A stretch of 64,000 nt of DNA from Eledone cirrhosa (GCA_964016885.1 OZ024742.1:195114001-195178000); one strand, 5' to 3'; numbered from the stretch's first letter, positions 52,144 through 64,000 are shown. Numbers and translations: made by a program. The notes: generated by a model from the letters alone, not told the origin.

Positions 52144-53232
52144 TAACGAAGGAATAGTGGTAAGGAACCAGATGGACCATAACGCACCAGAGTACTCAAT
52201 ACTTAGGGTAGTAGAGTGGGAAATAGGAAAAGGTATGACCTCGACGGCAGAGCTCAAGCCGTTTCGACGGCTATTTCTGGACTAAATTGAAATGTTTAGC
52301 CTGGTAAATAAATAGCCGAACTTGTCAAGGGGTACTTCCTTATAGGGAAAGATTGTAGTTGTCAAGAGGATTGGTCAAAATTTGTTGTAAACACAAATAA
52401 ATCTATCATGGCATTTGGTGGAAGGTAGGGGTGGCTGAACTTGCCTGTAGAACAATGAGGGAGTGAGTAAAGCCAGTCAGGCATTGAAAGTGAAATCTAT
52501 ACAGCAAATTCTAAGGATAGTGTATGAAAAGTCGAAAAATTGTTCTGGAGAAAAAGGAGGAGAGGAGTTTAAAGAATAGGTAAATCAAATGAGAGTAGGA
52601 GACAATGAAAATAAAAAAATAAAAAAAATATATATATATATAAAAAATTAAATAGTGAGAAATGAATAAAAAAAACAAAAACAGTAGAGTCTAGAAACAG
52701 CTGCTATAATTAGTAGGTGTTGCTTGTACGGCAAAGCTATAGAAAAGTTTAATAAGTTGAGAATGGAAAATACTAAATAAGAAATTGTAGAAGTGGATAG
52801 TGAAACATATAATGCAAAGTTTGTATTATATGTTTCACTACCCACTTCTACAATTTCTTATTTAGTATTTTCCATTCTCAACTTATTAAACTTTTCTATA
52901 GCTTTGCGTACAAGCAACACCTACTAATTATAGCAGCTGTTTCTAGACTCTACTGTTTTTGTTTTTTTTATACATTTTTCACTATCTAATTTATATATAT
53001 ATATATATATATTTTTTTTTCATTGTCTCCTACTCTCATTTGATTTACCTATTCTTTAAACTCCTCTCCACCTTTTTCTCCAGAACAATTTTTCGACTTT
53101 TCATACACTATCCTTAGAATCTGCTGTATAGATTTCACTTTCGGCTATTTATTTACCAGGTTAAAAATGTTAATTTAGTCCAGAAATAGCCGTCGAAACG
53201 GCTTGAGCTCTGCCGTCGGGGTCATACCTTTT

Positions 53233-53236
<4 letters not shown>
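52144..53236. mobile_element. Fold-back Penelope-like insertion in (TA)n: 80-bp tail plus inverted arms 52224-52818 and 52820-53236
   Basis: Arms are reverse complements around a 1-nt centre; the right arm lacks about 52321-52487; hammerhead in the left arm. Confidence 0.8.
52238..52333 (-). ncRNA. Type I hammerhead ribozyme with U3-A8 core variant
   Basis: Minus strand: ACCCC-TTGACAA-G..CGGCTATTT...AAATAGCCG.C-GAAA-CGGC-TTGAGCTCT-GCCG-TC-GAGGT (GGGGT in the sister arm). Confidence 0.72.
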
Positions 53237-53299
<63 letters not shown>

Positions 53300-53819
53300 G
53301 GATTCTACAGGACTAGAAGTGTCTCATTCGAATCCTGTAGAAGCCAGTTCTATATTAAATATTTATACTCAGCTATGTATTGAGTACCTTACTTACTGTG
53401 GCAACCCCTGATTGAACCCGGGATACACACACACACACACACATTAAAATCAATTGACAAACAAAGAGTTACTTCAAATCAACCCACCAGTGTCTACATC
53501 TCATCATCCTAATCCTTAATTAATGCACTGACGATGCTTTAGTATTATATGTTAATATTGAAATTGAAATGCGTGTAGAAATTAATAAAATGATTTTAAG
53601 TCCCTTTTGGTGTTCTTTGACGATTAAAACACCATCTGGTTGCTAAACCAACTGATGAATGGATTAGTTTTACCCAAGTGAAAGCTAACTGGTGCGTGTG
53701 TTTTATTAGCAGCATATCTGTTGCAACACAGGATTTCACATTAAGAATCATGCAAAACAAATACAAAAACGAAATTATTTTTCTTGTTTTCACCCAATTT
53801 TTTTTTTTTTTTACATTTG

Positions 53820-55214
53820 CCACACAGCCAGTAATTTGAAGGGAGGGGGAAAAATTGATTAAATTAGCCTCAGTGTATTACTGGTACTTTATATTATCGA
53901 CACCGCAAGGATGAAAGGCAAAACTAACTTCGGCGGGATTTGAACTCAAAATGTAAAGGGCCGTAAATGCGTCGATAAATCACAGTACAAGTGATGCACT
54001 GGTATCGATTTAATCGACTTTCCCCTCCCCAAAATTGCTGGCCTTGTGCCTAAATCCAAAACCACCATTATTGTTATTGGATTGGCAGAATCAGAAGAGC
54101 GTTGGACAACATGCCTCGCTACATAGAGTTACGGCTTATTACGTTCTGAGATCAAATCCCGCCGAGGTTAACTTTGCCTTTCATCCTTACGGGGGTCGAT
54201 AAAATGAAGTACCAGTTACGCACTAGGGTCGATTTGATCAACTCCCCCTCCCCAAATTAATGGCCTTGTGCGTAAATCAGAATCCGTTATTTCTGTGTTC
54301 AAATCTCACCGAAGATAACTTTGCTTTTCATCCTTACGAGATCGATAAAATAGAGTACCAGTCACGCACTGGTGTCGATTTAATCGACTTTCCCCTCCCC
54401 CAAAATTGCTGGCCTTGTGCCTATATAAGAAACTATTATTATTAGGCGGTTGATTGGCAGTATCGGTAGAGGGTCGGACGCCATGCTTTGCAGCACAGTT
54501 ACGTCCCTTTACGGCCTGAGTTCAAATCCCGCTGAGGTTAACTTTGCCTTTCACCCTTACGGGGTCGATAAAATAAAGTACCAGTAATACACTGGGATAA
54601 TTGCTGGCCTTGTGCCAAAAAGTAGAAACAATTATTAGGGTGCAATATTAGCAGTATCGGTAAAGTGTCGGCCCACATATTTTGTGGCATATATTTACGT
54701 TTTGTGTTCAAATCCCTCCGAGGTTAACTTTGCCTTTCATCCTTACGGGGTCGATAAAATAAAGTACCAGTAATGTACTGGGTAATTTCTGGCCTTGTGC
54801 CAATAGTAGAAACAATTATTATTTGGTGGATTGGCAGTATCGGTAGAGGGTCGGACGCCATGTTTTGCAGCAAAGAGTTACGGCCCTTTATGGTCTGAGT
54901 TCAAATCCCACCGAGGTTAACTTTGCCTTTCATCCTTACGGGGTCGATAAAATAAAGTACCAGTAATGTACTGAGTAATTGATGACCTTGTGCCAAAAGT
55001 AGGAACAAATACCATTATTATTATGAATTGGCAGTATCGGTAGAGGGTCGGACATGCTTTCCACCATAGTTACGTCCCCTTACGATCTGAGTTCAAATCC
55101 TGCCGAGGTTAACTTTGCCTTTCATCCTTACGGGGTCGATAAAATAAAGTACCAGTAATGTACTGAGTAATTGATGACCTTGTGCCAAAAGTAGGAACAA
55201 ATACCATTATTATT
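53820..55214 (+). mobile_element. Head-to-tail array of about 7 (ATT)n-family SINE units, plus one minus-strand fragment at 53820-53966
   Basis: Units start at about 53990, 54079, 54292, 54444, 54638, 54824 and 55025; those from 54079 on each follow an (ATT)n tail. Confidence 0.88.
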
Positions 55215-55475
55215 AATTCCCCTTTCTGTCTCTCCGCTCTTCAGATTCACAATAAATTCCTGAAACATAACATGTTGCATTAGCAATTATTTCGAGATGT
55301 TTTCCTTTGTTAATATTTTTAGCTGAAACCCAGAACACAATGCCATCTCAAAGTTACTATAATAGATCTACAATTAATTCTTTAGCTATTAATGATCGAT
55401 AATTACAGATCGAAATGAGAAAAAGAACAAAGAAAACGATTGCATTCATTTTATTCCATATATTTAATGTTATTG

Positions 55476-58400
55476 TTATTGTTGTTGTTGGCTGTTAGCG
55501 ATGTTGTTGGTGGTGGTAGTGGTAGTTAGTGGTGGTGGTGGTGGTTGTGGTGTCGACGGCGTATTATTATTAATGTTGCTGCTGTGACTTTTGTTTATGT
55601 TGTTGTTGTTGTTATTGCTGTTATTTTCGGCTTGCTGCTGTTGGTAGTGGTGGTGGTGGTGGTGGTGGTGGTGGTGGTGGTGGTGGTGGTGGTGGTGGTG
55701 GTGGTGGTGGTAATGGTGATGGTGGTGGTGGTGGTGGTGGTAATGGTGATGGTGGTGGTGGTGGTGGTACATGGTGAATGCGGTGGTTTTGATGGTAATG
55801 GTGATGGTGGTGATGGTGGTGGTGGTGGTGGTGGTGGTGGTGGTGGAAATGGTGGTGGTGGTGGTGGTGGTGGTGGTGGTGGTGGTGGTGGTGATAATGG
55901 TGATGGTGGTGGTGGTGGTGGTGGTAATGGTGATGGTGGTGGTGGTGGTGGTACATGGTGATTGCGGTGGTGGTGATGGTAATGGTGATGGTGGTGATGG
56001 TGGTGGTGGTGGTGGTAATGGTGGTGGTGGTAATGGTGGTGGTGGTGGGGGTAATGGTGATTGTGGTGGTGGTGATGGTAATGGTGGTGGTAGTGGTGTG
56101 GAGGGGGTGGTTGCACACTATCATGATCTTATTGTTGTTGATGCGGTTGTTGTTTTATTGTAGAGGATATTGTTGTTGTTGTTGATATAGCTGTTGATGC
56201 TGTTGTTGTTGTTGTTGTTGATGACATTGTTGTTGTTGGTCTTGTTGTTGATGATGTTGTTGCTGTTGTTGTTGGTCTTGTTGTTGATGATGTTGTTATT
56301 GCTGTTGTTGTTGTTGTTGTTGTTGTTGTTATTGCTGTTGTTGTTGTTATTGTTGTTGTTGTTATTGCTGTTGTTGTTGTTATTGTTGTTGTTGTTGTTG
56401 TTGATGTTATTGCTGTTGTTGTTGATGTTGTTATTGCTGTTGTTGTTGTTGTTGTTGTTATTGCTGTTGTTGTTGTTGTTGTTATTGATGTTGTTGATGT
56501 TGTTAGTGTTGTTGTACGTTGTTATTGTTGTTATTGATGTTGTTGTTTTTATTGTTGTTATTGTTGTTGTTGTTGTTATTGTTGTTGGTGTTGCTATTAC
56601 TGTTGTTGTTGTTGCTGTTGTTGTTCATAAAACTAATTACAAGCTGACATTAACAAGACATTATCATCTGAGTAAGAAACAAAATATAAACAAATTGTGA
56701 ATAAAGATATAATATTAAGAAATGTATTTAGATATAAGATGAGCGGGAGGGGGGTATTTTGATGGTTGTAGTGGTTGTAGTGGTGGTGGTTGTAGTGGTG
56801 GTGGTTGTAGTGGTGGTGGTTGTGGTGGTGGTAGTAGGTGGCTGCAGTGGTTGTAGTGGTGGTGGTGGTGGTGGTGGTGGTGGTAGTAGGTGGCTGCAGT
56901 GGTTGTAGTGGTGGTCGTGGTGGTCGTCATCGTGGTGGGGGTGGGGGTGGGGGTGGGGGTGGGGGTGGCTGCAGTGGTTGTAGTGGTGGTGGTGGTGGTT
57001 GTGGTGGTGGTAGTAGGTGGCTGCAGTGGTTGTAGTGGTGGTCGTGGTGGTCGTCATCTTGGTGGGGGTGGGGGTGGGGGTGGGGGGTGACTGTAGTTGT
57101 TGTAGTGGTGGTGGTTGTGGTGGTGGTAGTAGGTGGCTGCAGTGGTTGTAGTGGTGGTCGTGGTGGTCGTCATCGTGGTGGGGGTGGGGGTGGGGGTGGG
57201 GGTGACTGTAGTTGTTGTAGTGGTGGTGGTTGTGGTGGTGGTAGTAGGTGGTTGCAGTGGTTGTAGTGGTGGACGTGGTGGTCGTCATCGTGGTGGTGGT
57301 GGTGGTGGCTGTAGTTGTTGTAGTGGTGGTGTTGGTGGTGGCTGTAGTTGTTGTAGTGGTGGTGGTTGTAGTGGTGGTGGTAGTAGGTGGCTGAGGTGGT
57401 TGTAGTGTGGGTCGTGGTGGTCGTCATCGTGGTGGGGGGGGGGGGGGGTGACTGTAGTTGTTGTAGTGGTGGTGGTTGTAGTGGTGGTGTTGGTGGTGGC
57501 TGTAGTTGTTGTAGTGGTGGTGGTAGTAGGTGGCTGCAGTGGTTGTAGTGGTGGTCGTGGTGGTCGTCATCGTGGTGGTGGTGGTGGTGGCTGTAGTTGT
57601 TGTAGTGGTGGTGTTGGTGGTGGCTGTAGTTGTTGTAGTGGTGGTGTGGTGGTGGCTGTAGTTGTTGTAGTGGTTGTGGTGGTGGTAGTAGGTGGCTGCA
57701 GTGGTTGTAGTGGTGGTCGTGGTGGTCGTCATCGTGGTGGTGGTGGTGGTGGCTGTAGTTGTTGTAGTGGTGGTGGTTCTGGTGGTGGTAGTAAGTGGTT
57801 GCAGTGGTCGTAGTGGTGGTGGTTGTAGTGGTGGTGGTGGTGGTGGTGGCTGTAGTTGTTGTAGTGGTGGTGGTTCTGGTGGTTGTGGTGGTGGTGGTAG
57901 TAGGTGGCTGCAGTGGTTGTAGTGGTGGTGGTTGTAGTGGTGGTGGTTGTGGTGGTGGTAGTAGGTGGCTGCAGTGGTTGTAGTGGGGGTGGTGGTGGTG
58001 GTTGTGGTGTTGGTAGTAGGTGGCTGTAGTGGTTGTAGTGGTGGTGGTGGTGGTGGTTGTGGCTGTAGTGGTTGTAGTGGTGGTGGTTGTAGTGGTGGTG
58101 GTTGTGGTGGTGGTAGTAGGTGGTTGCAGTGGTTGTAGTGGTGGTCGTCATCGTGGTGGTGGTGGTGGTGGTGGCTGTAGTGGTTGTAGTGGTGGTGGTT
58201 GTAGTGGTGGTGGTTGTGGTGGTGGTAGTAGGTGGCTGCAGTGGTTGTAGCGGTGGTCGTGGTGGTCGTCATCGTGGTGGTGGTGGCTGTAGTTGTTGTA
58301 GTGGTGGTGGTGGAGGTGGCTGTAGTGGTTGTAGTGGTGGTGGTTGTGGTGGTTGTAGTGGTGGTGGTTGTAGTGGTGGTGGTGGCTGTAGTGGTGGTGG

Positions 58401-59460
58401 AGGTGGTGGTCGTCGTCGTCGTGGGTGTGGTGGTGGTGGTTGTTGTTGTGGTTGTAGTGGTGGTTGTGGTGGTGGTGGTGATGGTGGTAGAAGTTAGTAG
58501 TCGCGGTGGCTGTTATGGTGGCGGTTGTAATGTTGTTGTTGTTGGTGGTGTTGGTTCTGATGGTGGTTGTCGTGGTTGTGGAGGATGTGGTGGTGGTGGT
58601 GGTGGTGGTGCTATTGGTGGTGGCGGTTATAGTGGCGGTGGTAGTAGTGATGGTGGTGGTAGGTGTAGTGGGGATGGCTATGGTGGTGGCGGTTATATTG
58701 TTGTTTGTGGTTGTGGTGGTGGTGTTGGGTGTTGTGGTAGTTGTTGTGATGGTGGTTGTGGTAATGTTGTTGGATATTGTTGTTGATGGTGGTGGTGTTG
58801 GTCGTGTTCGTTCTGATGGGGTTGTGGTGGTAGTGGTGGATGTGGTGGTGGTAGTGGTGATGGTGGATGTGGTAGTGGTGGTTGTGGTGGTGGTGGTGGT
58901 GGTGGTGGTGGTGTTGGTCGTGTTCGTTCTGATGGGGGTTGTGGTGGTAGTGGTGGATGTGGTGGTGGTAGTGGTGATGGTGGATGTGGTAGTGATGGTT
59001 GTGGTGGTGGTGGTGGTGGTGGTGGTGGTGTTGGTCGTGTTCGTTCTGATGGGGGTTGTGGTGGTAGTGGTGGACGTGGTGGTGGTAGTGGTGATGGTGG
59101 ATGTGGTAGTGGTGGTTGTGGTGGTGGTGTTGGTCGTGTTCGTTCTGATGGGGGTTGTGGTGGTAGTGGTGGACGTGGTGGTGGTAGTGGTGATGGTGGA
59201 TGTGGTAGTGGTGGTTGTGGTGGTGGTGTTGGTCGTGTTCGTTCTGATGGGGGTTGTGGTGGTAGTGGTGGACGTGGTGGTGGTAGTGGTGATGGTGGAT
59301 GTGGTAGTGGTGGTTGTGGTGGTGGTGTTGGTCGTGTTCGTTCTGATGGGGGTTGTGGTGGTAGTGGTGGATGTGGTGGTGGTAGTGGTGATGGTGGATG
59401 TGGTGATGGTGGATGTGGTAGTGGTGGTTGTGGTGGTGGTGGTGGTGGTAGGGTATTAGT
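55476..59460. repeat. Large GGT/GTT-rich low-complexity block with minisatellite sub-arrays
   Basis: (GGT)n, (GTT)n, GTAGGTGGCTGCAGTGGTTGTAGTGG-based units (56.8-58.3 kb), 99-117-bp units with TTGGTCGTGTTCGTTCTGATGG (58798-59350), (GGGGT)n-like runs. Confidence 0.92.
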
Positions 59461-59823
59461 AGTGGTAATTATGGTGGTGGAGGAGATTTTGGTGGTAATT
59501 GGTAATTTGGTGCAGACCCCATCATTTGGTGGATGTGGTGGTGGTTATGGTGGTTGTTGTGGTAGTGGTGGTAGGTATTAGTAGTGGTAATTATGGTGGT
59601 GGACCAGATTTTGGTGGTAATTGTAGGCCTGAGGGTGCTAGTTGTAGTGATGATGGTGGAGTTGGAGAGGTACAGTGGAAAGGTGTAATAGGGTGGTGCA
59701 GACACCAACAGAAATAATATAGCCATTTATAACAAAAATATGGGGCCGGAGGTACTTTAGTACTGGGTGTGTATATGTGTAGAATGGTGGACGCTATAGA
59801 GAGAAAAGATATTTAGCGAACAT

Positions 59824-59882
59824 AAGCAGGGTGAAGTATATATATATATATGTATATATATATATAAGCAGTGTGAATTTGG

Positions 59883-59915
<33 letters not shown>

Positions 59916-59931
59916 AGCAGTGTAAATTTGG

Positions 59932-59962
<31 letters not shown>

Positions 59963-59976
59963 AGCAGTGTAAATTT

Positions 59977-60015
<39 letters not shown>

Positions 60016-60145
60016 CAGTGTGAATTTGTATATATATATATACATAAGCAGTGTGAATTTGGATATATATATATATATATAAGCAGTGTGAATTTGTATA
60101 TATATATATATGTATATATATATACATAAGCAGTGTGAATTTGGA
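59824..60145. repeat. About 8 copies of AAGCAGTGT(G/A)AATTTG(G/T)A separated by variable (TA)n
   Basis: Copies near 59824, 59866, 59915, 59962, 60013, 60046, 60081 and 60128. Confidence 0.9.
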
Positions 60146-60200
60146 TATATATATATATATATCATATATATATAATATATATGATATATATATATATATC

Positions 60201-60486
60201 TCTAAGTCTAAACTCTGTCTTAAGCCAGAAGGCTCATTTGGCCGGTGCTTATCCCCATTTCATGGCCTGAAGCGACTGAGAGTACGAGACTCCCCCCTGG
60301 ACAGGACGCTAGTCCTTCGCAGGGTTAAACCTCCAGCTATTGCTGGTACTCATTTTCAGCTGAGTATACTGGAGCAGGTGAAATATAGTCTTTTACTCAA
60401 GAACCCAACATGCAATCCAGGAATCGAGCCCACGACATTATGATCGTAAGTCCAACACCCTTACCACTAGGCCACGTGCCTCCCCA
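60201..60486 (-). mobile_element. Full-length tRNA-derived SINE with a CORE-like segment
   Basis: Minus strand GGGGAGGCACGTGGCCTAGTGGTAAGG (A-box), GGCTCGATTCC (B-box), TTCTTGAGTAAAAGACT, CCCTGCGAAGGACTAGCGTCCTGTCCAGGGG. Confidence 0.78.
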
Positions 60487-60566
60487 TATATATATATATA
60501 TTATAATATATTATATATATTATATATATTCATTTAGTTATTTATTATATATATATATATAAACAC

Positions 60567-60942
<376 letters not shown>

Positions 60943-61282
60943 TGTGTGTACGTGTATGCATCTATGTGTGTATATATATATTTGTGTGTGTGTATGTGTA
61001 TATATATGTGTGTGTGTATACGTGTATGCATCTATATATGTGTGTGTGTGTGTGGTGAGGCGATATAGGATATCTGCTGATCCAGAATATCAGAATGTAA
61101 GTAGCTACGGATTAAATTAATCCATCATTATCCAGCATATATTTTAGAATACTTCTGTTTTTCTTGTTATTTCTTATAATATTCTTGCTTTTCTTTCTTT
61201 TTCCTGTCTTGTGTATTGTTCTCCTTATTCTTCTTTAGTTGTTTACCAATTTTATCATTTTTTTTTAATTTTCCTAAACTGC

Positions 61283-61367
<85 letters not shown>

Positions 61368-61530
61368 AATATATATACATATATACATTTATAGAAGTGG
61401 TTACACAATAGTCAGTTTGTTCACCATACCGTGTGTGTGTGTGTGTGTACCTCGGAGTAGAACATTCTAGGTACAAATCCCATTACTCTCTCTCTTATTC
61501 TCTCTCACTCTCTCTCTCTCACTCTCTCTC

Positions 61531-61619
<89 letters not shown>

Positions 61620-61653
61620 CTTTAATCTGTTATTTTAATATATATATATATAT

Positions 61654-62110
61654 ATACAATATATTAATAAATGGAAACTATATTTATAAAACCATATTTA
61701 TTTCATTATACATATTTCAAGGACACCAAAGCAAATTATGGTGCGCTTTCATCAGATAAAATATAATAGAAATCAGTTTTATAAACAAATATTGACATAC
61801 CCTTAAAAGAATGCGACCATGTCTGTTGGAAGCTCCCTATCCGTGAGCTTCCAACAGACATGGTCGCATTCTTTTAAGGGTATGTCAATATTTGTTTATA
61901 AAACTGATTTCTATTATATTTTATCTGATGAAAGCGCACCATAATTTGCTTTGGTGTCCTTGAAATATGTATAATGAAATAAATATGGTTTTATAAATAT
62001 AGTTTCCATTTATTAATATATTGTATTTTTACTCCAAAAATTTGTTGAGTGCTTTATATCAGTTATAAAAATATTTGCTTGTTGTATCCCAATAAATTAA
62101 ATATAACTTC

Positions 62111-62112
<2 letters not shown>
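61654..62112. mobile_element. Fold-back Penelope-like insertion (second family): 182-bp inverted arms, 9-nt spacer, about 86-bp tail, in (TA)n
   Basis: Arms 61654-61835 and 61845-62026 appear identical by eye; hammerhead in each arm. Confidence 0.85.
61917..61981 (+). ncRNA. Type I hammerhead ribozyme with minimal palindromic stem III (mirror copy 61699-61763, minus strand)
   Basis: Stem I TATTTTAT/ATGAAATA, CTGATGA 61925-31, stem II AAGCGCACCA/TGGTGTCCTT, GAAA 61962-65, TATGTA, ATA triplet 61971-73. Confidence 0.82.
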
Positions 62113-62185
<73 letters not shown>

Positions 62186-62186
<1 letters not shown>

Positions 62187-62350
62187 TTAATGGGTAAAGT
62201 TCTCCTCCGGGCAAAGTTGTTTGCGGAAGACCAGCAGTCGCTCATGCATACCAGTCTCCCCTTCTCTACACCACCGATGTCGCAAGCCATTTCTACAGCT
62301 GAGTAAACTGGAGCAACGTGTAATAAAATGTCCTGCTCAAGAACACAACA
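62186..62350 (-). mobile_element. SINE fragment, family of 23610-23910
   Basis: GGAAGACCAGCAGTCGC.CATGCATACCAGTCTCCCC..CTACAGCTGAGTAAACTGGAGCAACGTG shared. Confidence 0.7.
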
Positions 62351-62427
62351 CACACACACATACACACAGGCTCATACATACATATATACATACATACACA
62401 CACACATATATATATGTATATATATAC

Positions 62428-64000
62428 AACTATTTCAGTACACTGGGCAGTGACCACCGACTTGTTATGAGTGAGGTCCGGGTGAGCTTAAGAAAGAGCA
62501 AGGCTCAGCCCCGGAAAGCCGGAGAGCAATCTATGGCTGGGGAGCTTTCAAGGAAGATGATAAACTACAGGAGATGTTCACAGTAGAAGTGAGGAACAGG
62601 TTCAGTGCTCTGTGGAGAGGCAGGGGAGAGAGATATTGAAGGAACTGAGGGGAGTGTGACGAGGAGGTATGGGTACTTCACCAATGCAGTGGCGGAAGCG
62701 AGTGAGATCCTGGTGCCGAGGAGAAAGAACAAAAGGAAGCACGTCAACTGTGGAGACCCAAAAGTCTGTGCAGACCCAAAAGTCTGTGCAACCAGAGAAC
62801 ACATGACAGCTGCCGAGGACCAATTCTATGCTAATCCTACGGAGGAGAGGATGGAGACTGTGGAGGTGATGACGGAAGAGCTCTGTACCGCTTACACTGA
62901 GGTCAGAGAAGAGGCACTGATAGAGAAGATCAGAAGTGTGGAAAGAGTGTTTGGCAGGTCTGCATGTAAGGAGAGCTGGATGATCATCAACGAGATCACA
63001 GGGATGAAGAGAAGGTGTTCGAGTCAGATCCAGGGATCGGGGCCCGAGGATAGGAAGGGGAAATAGCTGGACCATTTTAAGACCCTACTAGGAGAGCCGC
63101 CCTCCACTGCCCAGAGCACTGGGGAGATCAGGCGGCTATTTGAGGAGCTGGATATTGAGACAGGACCCTTCACCAGAGAGGAGCTTCAGAGAGCCAAGAA
63201 GAAGATCAAGGAGGGCAAGGCGCATGGAGAAGATGGAGTGGCATCAGAGGTGATGAAGAGGTGTGATTTTGATGATATCATCCTGGAGTTCTGTAACCAG
63301 GCACTGGAGAAAGGAGTTACCACGAATCAGTGGAGGATCAGTAACATCGTCCCAGTGCCAAAGAAGGGAGATCTCGCTAACACCAAAAACTACAGAGGGA
63401 TCTCACTGACGTCACTTATGGCAAAGACCCTCAATGGGATGATTCTTAACCGGATCCATCCCGAGATGGAGAAGAAGCTCAGGGGCAACCAGAACGGCTT
63501 CAGAGAGGGAAGATCAACCACCAGTCACATCCTGATACTGAGGAGGATATTAGAGGGAGCTAGAGCAAAGTCCCTTCCTGCGGTCATGGTTTTCATTGAC
63601 TTTAGGAAGGCCTTTGATTCTGTGGACCGTCACTCCCTGATGATGATCTTACAGGCTTATGGAATCCCCAAGAAGCTAGTGGACCTGATATCACTGCTCT
63701 ACACCAACGCCAAACCCTAAGTCATTAAACCTGATGGGATGACAGAGTTCTTTGAGATGCTGGCTGGAGTGCTCCAGGGAGATACATTGGCTCTCTACCT
63801 TTTTATCATCGTAGTGGACTATTGTATGCGCCTTGCACTGGGGAAACACTAGGACTCTGGCTTTACTGTAACACCGGCTCAGAGCAGGCGAAAAAGATAT
63901 CGAATGCTGAATTTGCCGACGACATAGTTTTGGTGACAAACACAGTGAAGGAGGCAGAGGATTTGATGCAGGAGGTGGAGACTGTGTCGATGGGTGTGGG
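62428..64000 (+). mobile_element. RTE-like LINE, 5'-truncated, disrupted ORF, runs off the window
   Basis: SDHRLV (APE end), VPVPKKGD, NYRGISL, QNGFREGRST, FIDFRKAFDSV, GVLQGDTLA, FADDI; stops at 63064 and 63718. Confidence 0.88.

Noticed and set aside
55476-59459. His/Pro/Thr/Val/Gly-rich ORFs
   Set aside because: Translations of (GGT)n-type repeats; no independent coding evidence.
59824-60145. CRISPR-like repeat-spacer array
   Set aside because: Spacers are only (TA)n, the repeat is 18 bp, there are no cas genes and the context is eukaryotic.

Overview
Repeat-dominated eukaryotic DNA with no confidently identifiable host gene. The SINE families, simple-repeat load and retroelement mix suggest a cephalopod, probably Octopus (inference). 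1-22.3 kb is a nested retroelement cluster built on (ATT/AAT)n tracts. It holds four same-strand Tx1-like (L1 clade) LINEs (copies 2-4 directly head-to-tail), two R4/Dong-type RLE fragments on the opposite strand, a non-coding LTR element with a tRNA-Trp PBS, and tRNA-derived SINEs. The Tx1 and SINE 3' ends share a covarying stem-loop with an invariant CTTGT loop just before the (ATT)n tail, which points to a LINE-SINE partnership. 24.8-37.8 kb carries R4-type RLE elements embedded in (CATA)n. Several (TA)n tracts contain fold-back inverted-repeat insertions with a one-sided 80-86 bp tail and type I hammerhead ribozyme motifs, one with a compensatory U3-A8 core; these look like Penelope-like element ends. 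The rest is SINE arrays, mariner/hAT-type MITEs, a solo LTR, RTE fragments and large GGT/GTT-rich low-complexity blocks. All calls were made by eye, without database searches, and SINE and repeat boundaries are approximate.
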